Source of the DNA: Anaerolineae bacterium
GTDB lineage: Bacteria > Chloroflexota > Anaerolineae > B4-G1 > SLSP01
NCBI GenBank assembly: GCA_049975205.1
Contig: JBNGDL010000018.1
Coordinates: 1-56,509 of the forward strand
DNA length: 56,509 nucleotides
Direction: 5' to 3'
Shown here: positions 28,346 to 38,712 of the stretch, in pieces
Layout: every line of letters begins with the position of its first letter
Position numbering within the stretch: position 1 is the stretch's first letter
Made by a program: the position numbers and the translations under genes
Notes under the pieces: generated by a model
Database searches by the model: none
Told to the model about the DNA's origin: nothing
What the model saw: the letters and a program-made list of their open reading frames with translations, nothing else

Positions 28346-30157
28346 CGCTTCGAGCGTCCCCTGGGCTTCGATGCGACCTTCTCTGAGCACGAGGATGTGG
28401 TCGGCACGGCGCAGTGCTGGTCGGCGGTGGGAGACAACCAGACACGTGGCCCCGCTCTCACCTCCGGTTCTTCCGAAGACGTTCTCCCACAGGGCTTGCT
28501 CCGTCTCGACATCGAGCGCGCTGGAGAGGTCGTCGAAGACGAGGAGTTCGGGCTCGCGGACGAACATCCGAGCAGCGGCGGTGCGCTGTCGCTGCCCGCC
28601 TGAGAGGCGAACGCCCTTTGGCCCGATCAGGGTCTTCAGACCGTTAGGCATTCTTGCGAGATCGGGCTCGAGGGCCGCGAGGTGAATGGCGCGCATCAGA
28701 TCGACCCGATCTTCAGGCAACCCCATAAGGATGTTGTCCTTCAAGGTCTCGCTGAAGAGGTGAGGAATCTGGGCAGTGTAGGCGCTGCGCGGCGGCACGA
28801 AAAACGCAGCAGGATCCTCCACCGGCGTTCCATTCCACAGAATTGTCCCCTCCTCTGCCGGCAGCAGCCCGAGGAGCGTTCGCAGCAGCGTCGTCTTGCC
28901 CGACCCGATGCGGCCCGTGATCACGACGAAGTCGCCATGCCGAAGCATAAAGGACATATCGTCGATGCCCTCGGCGTGGCCGTTCGAGGACCCGTTGTAG
29001 TGGTAGGTGAGCCCTTGCACGCGAAGTTCGATCAAGTGATCGGCTGCGGTCCGCGTTGGCAAGTCTAGGTCCGGTAGACTGCCGCGTAGGTAGATGGGCT
29101 TGTGCGCCACCAAGATCTCGCTGGCTTCTACCTGTGACATCATCTTCGACTCGTTGCGGATGAGCTCGTTGATGCGCTGGAAGGCGACCTCCGCCTGCTT
29201 GATGCGCGCCGTGAACCCGCCAGCTTCGACGATCAGCATCACGATGCTGTCCAGGCAGGTGATGAAGAGTGCGAAATCGCCGATCGTGAAGGCGCCGTTG
29301 CGGATCGCGCCCGCCACCAGCATCAGGACAAAGCCGGCGCTGAGCGCGCCCGCCTCCTCGCACATCGAGTAGAGCATCTGGTTGAGCGTCCTGTCCCTCA
29401 CCATCGCGTCCTGGCGGCGTCTTCCCAGCTTATCGACGTGGGTCGCAGCGTAAGATTCTGCTCCCGCTACCTTCACGGCTTGGACGGCCCCGAGGATCTC
29501 GTTGAGAGCACCGTTGAACCGCGACGTGGCGCGTCGGCTTGCCTGACGGTATCGCTCTGCGTGGGCACTGGCCGCGCGGGAAATCAAGATAACGCCGATC
29601 ACCGGCAGCAGCGATAACAACGTGATGCGCGCGTCAATAGCGATCATGATGCCTATGGTGATCGCCGCATAGGTCAGGACCGCGATCTGGTCCACAAGCC
29701 AGGCCATCAGACCCTCGATCTCGCCGACATCGTCCCGTAGGGTGTTCAAGGCCTCACCAGGCGATCCCGGGATTGCCTGCGCGCCAGGGCGATTGAGAAT
29801 GTGGGCGAGCAGGTTGCGACGCAGCAAGCCACCGACGGTGAAGCGATGGCGCGCGCTGACGATCGCGCCTGTGCCGATGGTCAGGATGTGGAAGCCGCGC
29901 GAGACCAGAACCACAATCACGATGCCCAAGAGCCCGAACTGGAAGGGCCGATCGCCGGTGATGGTGTCGAAGAACGACTTCAGGATCAGGCGTGGTGCGA
30001 GCTCCATGATGTGGATCACCAGCCAGATGCCAAGGTAGCCCGCGGAGAGTGTGGGATTGTAGGTGATTAATCGCCAGATCATCTGTTCGGTGGTCATCAC
30101 GGCGTTCTTTGCGACGGACTGTGCCGTCTCTGGTGTTTGGTTCGCAATAGCTGTCAT
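28304..30157 (-). CDS. ABC exporter half-transporter (TMD+NBD), degenerate-site subunit
   Basis: Walker [17 protein letters not shown], Walker B VFDD (catalytic Glu replaced by Asp), SHR. Confidence 0.93.
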   Translation of the reverse strand: MTAIANQTPETAQSVAKNAVMTTEQMIWRLITYNPTLSAGYLGIWLVIHIMELAPRLILKSFFDTITGDRPFQFGLLGIVIVVLVSRGFHILTIGTGAIVSARHRFTVGGLLRRNLLAHILNRPGAQAIPGSPGEALNTLRDDVGEIEGLMAWLVDQIAVLTYAAITIGIMIAIDARITLLSLLPVIGVILISRAASAHAERYRQASRRATSRFNGALNEILGAVQAVKVAGAESYAATHVDKLGRRRQDAMVRDRTLNQMLYSMCEEAGALSAGFVLMLVAGAIRNGAFTIGDFALFITCLDSIVMLIVEAGGFTARIKQAEVAFQRINELIRNESKMMSQVEASEILVAHKPIYLRGSLPDLDLPTRTAADHLIELRVQGLTYHYNGSSNGHAEGIDDMSFMLRHGDFVVITGRIGSGKTTLLRTLLGLLPAEEGTILWNGTPVEDPAAFFVPPRSAYTAQIPHLFSETLKDNILMGLPEDRVDLMRAIHLAALEPDLARMPNGLKTLIGPKGVRLSGGQRQRTAAARMFVREPELLVFDDLSSALDVETEQALWENVFGRTGGESGATCLVVSHRRPALRRADHILVLREGRIEAQGTLEALMDSCQEMRQIWG

Positions 30158-30221
30158 AGGTTGATCCTCATACTGCAGATTCTCGTATGATCGGGGCCGG
30201 GTCGCATCAGGCCGAAAGCGA

Positions 30222-32090
30222 TCAGGCCAGAACCTCCTGCATACCGGTCTGCAGGAGATGGTGGAAATGCGAGTCTGGATCCTCTGCCAGCTGAGCTCGA
30301 TCGCCTATCTCGCGTATGCGCCCGTCCTCAAGGATGAGCACCTTATCGGCACGCTCAACGGTGTTCAGCCGGTGGGCGATCACGATGCCGGTCCTGTCCT
30401 TCAGGAGGAGATCCACAGCTCGTTCGATCTGTTGCTCTGTGGCAGGGTCCAGCCGAGATGAAGCTTCGTCTAGAATCACCACGTCAGGATCCGTCAGGAA
30501 GACCCGCGCAAAAGCCAGTAGCTGTGCCTGGCCTGCGGAGAGTCCGCTACCCTCGGAGCTCAGTTCGCTGTCCAAAGCTTGAGGTAAGCTCTCCAGCCAG
30601 GGAGTCAGCCCAAGCTCCTCTAGCACCCCCACGATGGCCTCATCGGAGATGTCGGGCCTGAAGAGTGTAAGGTTCTCCCGAACGGTGGCCTGGAATAGCT
30701 GCACCTCCTGCGTCACGAGCGCTACCCGGCGACGGATCTCGCTGATTGTTGTGTCGGCCAGGCGCACACCGCCAAGCCGGATTTCCCCCTCATTCGGATC
30801 GTAGAGTCGCAACAGGAGCCGGGCAAGTGTCGTCTTTCCGCTGCCTGTGCGTCCCAGCAGCCCCAGGACTCGGCCCGGCGCAAGGGTAAAGTCGAGATCT
30901 TCAAGGACTCTGTCTTGAGAGACTGCGGGCTTGGCTTCTCTCTCTGGATCAGTATCGTCCTGAGGCGAGGCTCCGACCGCCTGCTCCGCTTCAGGTGTCA
31001 CCTCAGCTCTGGCGCTTTGTGGGCCTGTCAGCGGGAAGTTGTCATCATAGGCGAAGGCGACACCCCGAAAGGTAACCCCCAGCGCACCTGCAGGGAGGGG
31101 GCCTCCCTGACCGTCGGCGAGCTTCGGGCGTCGGTCGAAGAGCTCCTGAATGCGCTCAATGCCGGCCTCCGCTTGCTGGAGGTCCGTGAGCTGCCATCGC
31201 AACTCGGCAATTTGGCCGAAGAGCAGGCCCATATAGTCCGAGATCAGGTAGGCTGCACCCAGTGTGATCTGTCTTCGTAGAAAAAGGTAGCCTCCCAGTC
31301 CGTAGGAGAGCGCCTCCCCCGTCGCCACCAGTGCCGCGTTCGTCATCCATCCGGAATAGGCGGCGAGGCTCTCGTTGCGATGGAGGGGCAACCAACGACG
31401 CAGGAACTTATAGAAGCGCCGCATCACGTAATCCTGAGCACCGTTGGCCCGGATGTCCTCCGTGCCGGAGAATTGCTCACCGACGAAGCCGTAGAATTGG
31501 GCGCGAACCTCCCGGACCTTCGTGTAGAAGGGGATAGCAATGTTGCGAAGGCGCATCAGGATGAGCAGACCTGCGATCGCGTAGGCGGTGAAGCTCACGC
31601 CCAATTCCCATCCCTCACGGAATATGAGCACCAGGACGCCAATCGTCAGCACCCCGTTGCCGATCACGTTGACCACGAAGCTCGAGAAGAAGTTGGAGAG
31701 CGCATCGACGTCGCTGTCGATGCGCTCCGTCAGTTCCCCGGGGGCATGAGCTTTGTGGAAGCCCATGTCAAGCCCCAGCAGATGACGGAGCAGATCCAGC
31801 CGCAATGCATTCGTTGCGGTCCATGCGACGGTTTCACCGACGTAGACGTTCGCCACCGTCAGTAGTTGCGTGACGGCTGCGATGGCGAAGAAGGTAGCGC
31901 CCTGTTGCACGAGCGAGGCCACCGGCGCCCCGGCCAATGCCTGATCCAGGAACGTCCGCACGATCTGGGGGTTGACCAGGCGTGCAGCGATTTTCAGCGC
32001 CAGGAGTAGCGCGAGCACCGCCATCCTCCGCCACTGAGGTCGGAGATAGGTGTGCAGCAAAGACCAGTATTTCCTGATCGGAATCTTCAT
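30222..32090 (-). CDS. ABC exporter half-transporter (TMD+NBD), partner subunit
   Basis: Walker [25 protein letters not shown]. Confidence 0.93.
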   Translation of the reverse strand: MKIPIRKYWSLLHTYLRPQWRRMAVLALLLALKIAARLVNPQIVRTFLDQALAGAPVASLVQQGATFFAIAAVTQLLTVANVYVGETVAWTATNALRLDLLRHLLGLDMGFHKAHAPGELTERIDSDVDALSNFFSSFVVNVIGNGVLTIGVLVLIFREGWELGVSFTAYAIAGLLILMRLRNIAIPFYTKVREVRAQFYGFVGEQFSGTEDIRANGAQDYVMRRFYKFLRRWLPLHRNESLAAYSGWMTNAALVATGEALSYGLGGYLFLRRQITLGAAYLISDYMGLLFGQIAELRWQLTDLQQAEAGIERIQELFDRRPKLADGQGGPLPAGALGVTFRGVAFAYDDNFPLTGPQSARAEVTPEAEQAVGASPQDDTDPEREAKPAVSQDRVLEDLDFTLAPGRVLGLLGRTGSGKTTLARLLLRLYDPNEGEIRLGGVRLADTTISEIRRRVALVTQEVQLFQATVRENLTLFRPDISDEAIVGVLEELGLTPWLESLPQALDSELSSEGSGLSAGQAQLLAFARVFLTDPDVVILDEASSRLDPATEQQIERAVDLLLKDRTGIVIAHRLNTVERADKVLILEDGRIREIGDRAQLAEDPDSHFHHLLQTGMQEVLA

Positions 32091-32108
32091 CGATCCGCCC
32101 TCGCATCT

Positions 32109-32147
32109 ATAAAGAAAGAGCCGCGAACGTCACTGACGCCCGCGGCT
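32109..32147 (-). terminator. intrinsic terminator in the 5' leader of the ABC exporter operon (attenuator)
   Basis: Minus strand AGCCGCG-GG-CGTCA-G-TGACG-TT-CGCGGCT followed by CTTTCTTT, about 20 nt before the start codon. Confidence 0.7.
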
Positions 32148-32267
32148 GGTATGGCTGTTGTTTGAGATCTTGATTCTGCTGGACGTCCTGCGACGAGGGA
32201 TGTGCTTAAGCGACGTCTATCAGAAGAGGAAGCTGATGATGCGACTGATGGGTAAGTGGGTGTAGCC

Positions 32268-32318
32268 CTAGGCTTCGGGGATCGGCCTCAAAAACAAGGC
32301 AGCCCAGAGTCGGGGCAT
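32268..32318 (-). CDS. candidate leader peptide MPRLWAALFLRPIPEA
   Basis: ATG...TAG within the long leader between promoter and terminator. Confidence 0.35.
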   Translation of the reverse strand: MPRLWAALFLRPIPEA

Positions 32319-32444
32319 AGCTCACACCGAATACCCTTCGGATAGAGGCACTTAAGCGATGTTGGCGTCGCAGACCATCTTGTCGGTAATCTCCAGCAGG
32401 GTAGCGCTATAGAAAGCAGCGCACAACCGAATCAACTGCCCACA

Positions 32445-32472
32445 ACTATAGCTGAAGTGGGACCGATGTCAA
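32445..32472 (-). promoter_or_regulatory. sigma70 promoter of the ABC exporter leader
   Basis: Minus strand TTGACA-16 nt-TATAGT. Confidence 0.65.
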
Positions 32473-32603
32473 GAGCTCATCGACGTCCGAACCGTACCCA
32501 TGCTCTAGGAAGCCCCCAAGATCGTTGTCTCTCCTAGAGGTTCTGTCTGTGAGGCAGAGTTCCTCTTCTCCCGTGCGATTGTATAGTTTTTGACGAGAAT
32601 ATC

Positions 32604-32632
32604 TTGACAAATACCTTTCTGTGTGATATAGT
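32604..32632 (+). promoter_or_regulatory. strong sigma70 promoter for heliorhodopsin
   Basis: TTGACA-17 nt-TATAGT with extended -10 TG. Confidence 0.8.
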
Positions 32633-32664
32633 TAGATCAAATCCAATGAGTCAGGAGAATTGAC

Positions 32665-33444
32665 ATGAGCAAGAAGACGTCTGAACAAGTCTACAAGGGT
32701 CTGCGACGGTTTAACCTGGTGATGGGCTTTTTGCACCTAATTCAGGGCATCCTGATGATCGTGCTCAGCAATGACACGACCTATCCAATCTACACGAACT
32801 TCCTCAAGTTCAACACCGAGACATTCAGTCTCAGGCCCGATCCGAAGCTGTTGTATGAGTTGCGCTTTGGGCCTGCGGTGGCGGTGTTTCTGTTGATCTC
32901 TGCCGTTGCGCACTTCTACCTCTCGAGCTTCGGATATCCGCGGTATGTGAGGAATTTGAAGCGGGGGATGAATCCCGTACGCTTCTACGAGTACGCGTTG
33001 AGCTCCTCATTGATGATCGTGCTTATCGGGATGCTGACCGGGATATGGGACCTAGGCAGCATTATCCTGATGTTTGGGGTCAACGCGATGATGAACCTTT
33101 TCGGGATCATGATGGAGCTGCACAACCAGCACACTGAACGTACCGACTGGACCGCGTTTATCTACGGCTCCATCGCCGGGATTATCCCGTGGATCGTGAT
33201 CGTGCTCTATTTCTTCAGCGCGCTCAGCTCGTCGGACGCGAAGCCACCGGCTTTCGTGTACGCGATCATCCCGACGATCTTTGTCTTCTTCAATACCTTC
33301 GCGATCAATATGTTGCTGCAGTACAAGAAGGTGGGCCCTTGGAAGGACTACCTCTTCGGGGAGCGAATGTATATCGTACTAAGCCTGCTGGCCAAGACGG
33401 CGCTAGCCTGGCAGATTTTCGCGGGAACCCTGGCACCTGTTTGA
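32665..33444 (+). CDS. heR: heliorhodopsin
   Basis: LRRFNLVMGFLHLIQG, SAVAH, NPVRFYEYALSSSLM, MNLFG..ME, YLFGERMYIVLSLLAK (retinal Lys), AWQIF; 7 TM. Confidence 0.95.
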   Translation: MSKKTSEQVYKGLRRFNLVMGFLHLIQGILMIVLSNDTTYPIYTNFLKFNTETFSLRPDPKLLYELRFGPAVAVFLLISAVAHFYLSSFGYPRYVRNLKRGMNPVRFYEYALSSSLMIVLIGMLTGIWDLGSIILMFGVNAMMNLFGIMMELHNQHTERTDWTAFIYGSIAGIIPWIVIVLYFFSALSSSDAKPPAFVYAIIPTIFVFFNTFAINMLLQYKKVGPWKDYLFGERMYIVLSLLAKTALAWQIFAGTLAPV

Positions 33445-33466
33445 GTCTCTGAACTAGAATCCGAAG

Positions 33467-33496
33467 AACGGCCCGGCTCAATTGAGACGGGCCGTT
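33467..33496. terminator. bidirectional hairpin between heR and the MFS gene
   Basis: AACGGCCCG / CGGGCCGTT inverted repeat. Confidence 0.7.
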
Positions 33497-33498
33497 TC

Positions 33499-34818
33499 TC
33501 ATGAGTCGGCTTTGGGCGAACCGGCTGGCACTCCGAGCTCTAACTCTGCCTCGGCGGTCTTCAGCAGCCAGAAGAGGAGCGCTGCCACCAGGTGGATGCC
33601 GCTGGCGATGAAGAACACGGCCCGTAGGTTCGTCAGCCGCGCGACGAAGCTGCCGAGCAGAGGTGCGATGAAGATGGCGAAACTGGCGAGCATTGTGTTC
33701 ACGGCAATGAAACTGGGCCGCCGGTCCTCCGGACACACCCCAAGCAGCGTATCGAAGAATGCGAGATTGACGCCGGTGATGAAGAACCCTTGCACGATCG
33801 AGATAACGGGGAGCCATACCTGGCTGGGGATGAGGGTATTGAGCAGAGGATAGAGGCCCATGCCGAGCGTGCAGATCAGCAAGGGACCGGAATATCCCTT
33901 GCGGCTGATGATCTTTCCCCACACGGCATATCCGAGGATCAGGGCAAGCTGATTAGCCGTCGCGTGCCAACCAATCCAAAGGTCGGAGGCTTTGAGTTCC
34001 CGAATCCAGTAGATGCTGTAGAGGGCTGTGGGCATATTGAACCCCAACCGGAAGACAGCCGTGGTCAGCTCGTAGCGCACGAAGGCCGGTACACGCAGAC
34101 TCCGCCAATACGCGCGGATCTGCTGTCGTAGGTTCCGTGTGGGGCGGGCATTGGGCTCTGGGCGGGCTTGGTCGGCGGTGCGAAGCTTTCCCCAGAAGAC
34201 CATGCCGAGCGAACCGCCGACAAACGAGACCAAGAAGACGATCTGATAGTTCAGCGGGAAGGGGAGCCGGTCCAGCATATAGCCAAAGATTGCGACGGCT
34301 CCCGCAGTCACAATGCTGACGATGGTCCAGCGCATCCCGTTGACCTGGGCTCGTCGGTGAGCCGGGATGATCTCCGCAACGACAGCCATCCACGAAGACT
34401 CGAGGAGGACATTGGAAATGGCCTTCACGGTCCAGATGGCGATGATGAGGCCGATCAAGTGTCTCTGTGTGAAGAAGGGCAATAGTGCCACGAGCAGGAT
34501 CGCGCCCCGGTGGAAGACGCGCACCCAGTTCGTGAATCGAACCAGGTTGCGCTGTCGTTGGACGAGTCGTCCCGCTGGAATTGAGGCGAGGACCATCACA
34601 ATGGCTGGGAGTGAGGTCACCAAGCTGGTCTGAAGCTCGGAAGCGCCCAGTCGGACCACAAAGACGGAGAGGAAGCTGAAGATGCCGCCCATCATCAAGC
34701 CCTGCAAGGCTGTGTCGATCGTGAAGAAGAGGATATTGCGATTCTCGAAAGAGAGCTGGCGAGGGTCCAACCATCGTAGACGCGTGCGGAGCGCGATCCG
34801 TGCCTGATGAAGCGTCAT
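33499..34818 (-). CDS. MFS transporter
   Basis: About 12 hydrophobic helices with MFS-like two-fold layout; start likely ATG at 34818. Confidence 0.85.
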   Translation of the reverse strand: MTLHQARIALRTRLRWLDPRQLSFENRNILFFTIDTALQGLMMGGIFSFLSVFVVRLGASELQTSLVTSLPAIVMVLASIPAGRLVQRQRNLVRFTNWVRVFHRGAILLVALLPFFTQRHLIGLIIAIWTVKAISNVLLESSWMAVVAEIIPAHRRAQVNGMRWTIVSIVTAGAVAIFGYMLDRLPFPLNYQIVFLVSFVGGSLGMVFWGKLRTADQARPEPNARPTRNLRQQIRAYWRSLRVPAFVRYELTTAVFRLGFNMPTALYSIYWIRELKASDLWIGWHATANQLALILGYAVWGKIISRKGYSGPLLICTLGMGLYPLLNTLIPSQVWLPVISIVQGFFITGVNLAFFDTLLGVCPEDRRPSFIAVNTMLASFAIFIAPLLGSFVARLTNLRAVFFIASGIHLVAALLFWLLKTAEAELELGVPAGSPKADS

Positions 34819-34840
34819 ATGCTTGTGAGCCTTGCCCGAC

Positions 34841-36961
34841 CTAGGGCACAATGACCGCCGCCGACTGGGGCGGCAGGACGACCCCGTCCTCGAGCGAGGC
34901 CCAGGTTGGATCGTCCACAAGCCGGTAACGGGTCAGCGGCGTCCCGTCATTCACCGAAACCCGAGCCGTGATGGTTGTCTGCTCGTCGTAGTTGGCGATC
35001 ACGACGCCCGGCTTGCCGTTCTCGCGGTTCACAAAGACTGCATAGGGGCGGTGCGGCTCACCTTCCACGGTGACGGTTGCGCCGACCTCGTGCCGAAACT
35101 CCCCGTCCCAGAAGTAGCTCCGGAGCTCCGTGCGCAGGGCGTCCATCTGCGCCCCATAGGCTATCGTCGCGGGGTAGTCGCCAAGGCGACCCTTGAAGTT
35201 GTAGGGCTCGTAGCTGATGGCGTAGCGGTAGAGCAAGCACTGGTTGATCATGTTGCGGTCGTCGAATCCCGTGACGGCCGTCAGCAGCGGCACGTTGGGC
35301 TGCATGTAGCGGCTGAGCGGGATGTGATCCTTACTCTCACTGCGATGGTACGAGACGTGATAGGCTTCGAATTCCCAATCGTAGGCGGCCTCTGCCGCAA
35401 GAAGGAAATCCGGCTTCTGGTGCCGTGCCATCTCGGCAAAGCGCTGGATCAGTAGCCTGTCGTTGGCGTAGACCGGCGCGCCGTAGCGGTGTCCATGGCT
35501 CTCATCGAAGCAGAGCAACGCCGGCGTGTGGTGAAGGCACTCGTCGAAGAGGATACCGTCGGCGCCAAGGTCTAGCGTCTTCTGGAACTCCTCCTCGCAG
35601 ATCTGCAGGTAGTCCTCACTCAGGAAGCACATGGGGACCAAGCGCTTCGTGTTGATGTCGAGCAACTGCGTCATTGTCTGGTACTGGTAGCCGGGATGGA
35701 CCTGATAGTCGCCGTACGGATCTTTGACGGCGTACTTCACCAGTTCATTGCGGAAGCGTTCCGTTGCCCTATCGGCCCAGGTGAACTTGGCGAAGAGCAC
35801 GACCTTGACGCCCATCGCTTGGATTGCGGCGATGACTTCGCGCAGCTCTTCAAACGTCCCCAGGCGCGGATCGGGATCGTGGGAGGGGTTGCCCTGATCC
35901 TGCCCACCGACCGTCCAGCCCGTGAGTTGGATGGCTTTCACGCCGCGGCGGGCGCAGTCCTCGCCGACCTTGGCTAAGTCGCGGAAGGGGATGCGTAACT
36001 CATCCTCCGGTGAGTTGATGTGGATTTGCTGCCAGGCGTTTGGACCGCGAGCCCAGGCGGGCACCTCAGGTGTCCTCATCCACGTATCCCGCCACTGCTT
36101 GTAGATGTCCACACCCTGCTGCCACCCGCCCTGATAGGCCTCCAGGGCCACCGGTGTCAGGGTGCGCGTCTCGCCGGGCTGGATGAACGGAGTGTGCACC
36201 GCTGCAAAGCGCGTGACCACGTCCTGTCCCGCGATCACGGACGCCGCCGGGACGCGGGCGTCGATGGAGCTGCCATAGCCGGGTCGCAGCTCGGCATGCC
36301 AGGCGACAAGCTCCGCGCTGGGCTCTGCCACGCCGACGTAGAGTCCCTGATGCGCGTCCCGCAGAAGGATGTACGGCGACATCGGCGCGCCAACCCCGGC
36401 GCTCCATGAGGCGACCTGGGTCGGATAGTCGACGCCGTAGTAGCCACGCATGTTCTGGAAGGTTGGCCACATCGACCACTCGTTCGCGGTGGCATACTGG
36501 TAGATGAAGGCTCTGAACCAGTCCGCATCCTTGGGGTACGCCACGTCGCCGAGGTACGGGCAGGCGACGGTTTCGATCATGAAGGACGAGCCGTTCTCGA
36601 CGGTGAGGGCGAAGACGGCCTGACGCTCCGAGAGTATGACCTGGAGCGTTAGCTTGATGTCTAGGGGACCACCGACCTCCGATGTGACGCCGTCCCAAAC
36701 GAAGGTGGCGCCCTGACCATTGTCATCCACGTGCAGTGATGTGAGGAACTGTTTCTCTCCCAGCACCGGATTGTTTCGGCGCCCAGTGAGCAGATCCTCG
36801 TCCGATCGCCGCAGCGGGACCAACAGCTGAAAAGAGAGACCCAGGTGGGGCCGGTCGAGGATGGGCCAGCCGGTCTCGACCGTTGTCAGGCCGACCATAG
36901 CGCCGGAGGCGCGGTCGAACGTCAGGCGCAACGAGTCGTTTTCCAGGACGAATGTGTCCAT
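34841..36961 (-). CDS. putative glycoside hydrolase (DUF6259-like; N-terminal beta-sandwich plus TIM barrel)
   Basis: LENDSLRLTFD N-terminus, GWTVGGQD..NP...DPRLGT, GADGILFDE (nucleophile-like Asp). Confidence 0.6.
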   Translation of the reverse strand: MDTFVLENDSLRLTFDRASGAMVGLTTVETGWPILDRPHLGLSFQLLVPLRRSDEDLLTGRRNNPVLGEKQFLTSLHVDDNGQGATFVWDGVTSEVGGPLDIKLTLQVILSERQAVFALTVENGSSFMIETVACPYLGDVAYPKDADWFRAFIYQYATANEWSMWPTFQNMRGYYGVDYPTQVASWSAGVGAPMSPYILLRDAHQGLYVGVAEPSAELVAWHAELRPGYGSSIDARVPAASVIAGQDVVTRFAAVHTPFIQPGETRTLTPVALEAYQGGWQQGVDIYKQWRDTWMRTPEVPAWARGPNAWQQIHINSPEDELRIPFRDLAKVGEDCARRGVKAIQLTGWTVGGQDQGNPSHDPDPRLGTFEELREVIAAIQAMGVKVVLFAKFTWADRATERFRNELVKYAVKDPYGDYQVHPGYQYQTMTQLLDINTKRLVPMCFLSEDYLQICEEEFQKTLDLGADGILFDECLHHTPALLCFDESHGHRYGAPVYANDRLLIQRFAEMARHQKPDFLLAAEAAYDWEFEAYHVSYHRSESKDHIPLSRYMQPNVPLLTAVTGFDDRNMINQCLLYRYAISYEPYNFKGRLGDYPATIAYGAQMDALRTELRSYFWDGEFRHEVGATVTVEGEPHRPYAVFVNRENGKPGVVIANYDEQTTITARVSVNDGTPLTRYRLVDDPTWASLEDGVVLPPQSAAVIVP

Positions 36962-37021
36962 ACGCGGTCTCCTTACAGACCATGACGCCCATGTCGGGGC
37001 ATCTTGGGGTGTTGCCCTGCT

Positions 37022-38410
37022 TTACCCTTGGACCCTCGCCATGTTGAACAGGAAGTGGATGGCTGTGGCGATGTTGGTGTCGAAGTAGTCCAGATCAAAA
37101 TACTCGTTCGGGGAGTGCCCGTTACTGCCGTGTCCGAGCCCCATGCTGACCACCGGGATGTCCAAGACGTGCTGGAACATACCGATGATGGGCACCGAGC
37201 CACCCGCACGTTGCATCCGTGGCGCCTTCCCCCACGTCTCGGTATAGGCGTCGATGACGGCTTGCGCGACGGGTCCGCTGATCAGCGTCTCCGCGGGCCA
37301 GGAGCTGGAGTAGATCTGCGGCTCGATCTCCAACGTATCGCACACAAAGCTGTGGATGAAGGCGATGAACTTCTCCGCGATGTCGTCGGGGTTCTGATTG
37401 TTCACGAGCCGCATGCTGACCTTGAAACCGGCCTCGGCGGGCAGCACGGTCTTCGCGCCGACGCCTTGGTAACCACCATAGATGCCGTTGACGTCGCAGG
37501 TGGGCCGCGCCGTGGCGCGCTCAAGGTAGGAATAGCCGGGCTCGCCCCAGAAGGTGTCGAGTCCCGTCTCCTCCCGGGCTCGCTTGATAGCCCTCGCCTC
37601 GTTGGCCTCAATCAAGGCCTGTTGGGTGTCGGAGACCGGCACCACGTCATCGTAGAAGCCGGGAATCTGGATGTGGCCTGTGACATCGTGCAGGGCAGCA
37701 ATGATCTCGCCGACCATGTGAGTCGGATTATGGACGACGCCGCCAAAGCTGCCGGAGTGCAGATCGCGCTTCGGGCCCCGGACCTTCACCTCCGCCGTCA
37801 CGATGCCGCGGACTGCAGCCATCATAGACGGTGTCTCGTCGGATGCCCCCCCGTCGGAGATGACGGCGACATCGGCGACGAGTAGATCCTTATGTGCTGT
37901 GATAAAGGGTGCCATCGTCGGCGAACCGCTCTCCTCTTCGCCCTCGAAGATGAACTTCACATTGATCGGCAGAGCGCCATTGGCGCGCATCACCGATTCG
38001 AAGGCCTTGAGGTGCAGGAAGACGCCGGCTTTGTCATCGATGACGCCACGAGCGAAGAGCTTGCCGTCGCGGATGTCGGGCTCGAAGGGCGGTGCGACCC
38101 AGAGATCCAGTGGATCTACCGGCTGGACGTCGTAATGGGCGTAAAGGAGCGCTGTCGGTGCATCCTCTCCAGCGTGCAGCCAGTCGCCGTAGACCACGGG
38201 CTGCCCGTCCGTTGGCAGGATCTGGGCATGTTCGATGCCCAGGCGCTGCATCTCGGCAAGGATCCACTCGGCCGCGCTCTGGACTTCAGCGCGGTAGGCG
38301 GGGTCGGTGCCGATCGATGGAATCCTCAGGAATTCTTTGTACTGCTCCAGGTAGGCTTCGGTGTGGTTGTAAGCATGGGATAGGCTCGCGTCCAGCGATG
38401 TGTCTGTCAT
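37022..38410 (-). CDS. M20 family dipeptidase
   Basis: YAHYDVQP, ARGVIDDKAG, EGEEESGS, DLHSG, GGSVPI, HSPNE; ATG at 38410 behind GGAGG. Confidence 0.92.
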   Translation of the reverse strand: MTDTSLDASLSHAYNHTEAYLEQYKEFLRIPSIGTDPAYRAEVQSAAEWILAEMQRLGIEHAQILPTDGQPVVYGDWLHAGEDAPTALLYAHYDVQPVDPLDLWVAPPFEPDIRDGKLFARGVIDDKAGVFLHLKAFESVMRANGALPINVKFIFEGEEESGSPTMAPFITAHKDLLVADVAVISDGGASDETPSMMAAVRGIVTAEVKVRGPKRDLHSGSFGGVVHNPTHMVGEIIAALHDVTGHIQIPGFYDDVVPVSDTQQALIEANEARAIKRAREETGLDTFWGEPGYSYLERATARPTCDVNGIYGGYQGVGAKTVLPAEAGFKVSMRLVNNQNPDDIAEKFIAFIHSFVCDTLEIEPQIYSSSWPAETLISGPVAQAVIDAYTETWGKAPRMQRAGGSVPIIGMFQHVLDIPVVSMGLGHGSNGHSPNEYFDLDYFDTNIATAIHFLFNMARVQG

Positions 38411-38540
38411 GTGGTCCTCCGAGTGTCTATTGCGTGTGTGGATACCCGTTGCAGAGCGGGTATCCTGGTTGATGTCCAGGTCAGAGACTGATCGATGGTA
38501 GCACAAGGCGCTGTTTTGTGAAGCGTTGCCGCTACAAGAA

Positions 38541-38568
38541 AGAGCGCGCCCTTATGGGGGCGCGCTCT
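38541..38568 (-). terminator. terminator after tRNA-Lys
   Basis: AGAGCGCGCCC / GGGCGCGCTCT stem followed on the minus strand by TTCTTGT. Confidence 0.8.
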
Positions 38569-38571
38569 CTA

Positions 38572-38645
38572 TGGGTCGTGCAGGATTCGAACCTGCGGCC
38601 CTGGGCTTAAAAGGCCCCTGCTCTGCCGGACTGAGCTAACGACCC
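38572..38645 (-). tRNA. tRNA-Lys (anticodon UUU), CCA not encoded
   Basis: GGGTCGTTAGCTCAGTCCGGCAGAGCAGGGGCCTTTTAAGCCCAGGGCCGCAGGTTCGAATCCTGCACGACCCA folds as a cloverleaf; anticodon loop CTTTTAA. Confidence 0.95.
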
Positions 38646-38655
38646 AGCTAGGGGC

Positions 38656-38683
38656 AGTATAGCACGGGGGTAGGGGAAGTCAA
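38656..38683 (-). promoter_or_regulatory. tRNA promoter
   Basis: Minus strand TTGACT-16 nt-TATACT immediately upstream of the tRNA. Confidence 0.75.
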
Positions 38684-38712
38684 CAAAACGGGAATGGCAC
38701 GACACCATTCCG

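Noticed and set aside
17225-37885. Long antisense ORFs (17225-18052, 19971-20906, 26051-27028, 37004-37885)
   Set aside because: Shadow ORFs expected opposite real genes in high-GC DNA; no recognisable motifs.
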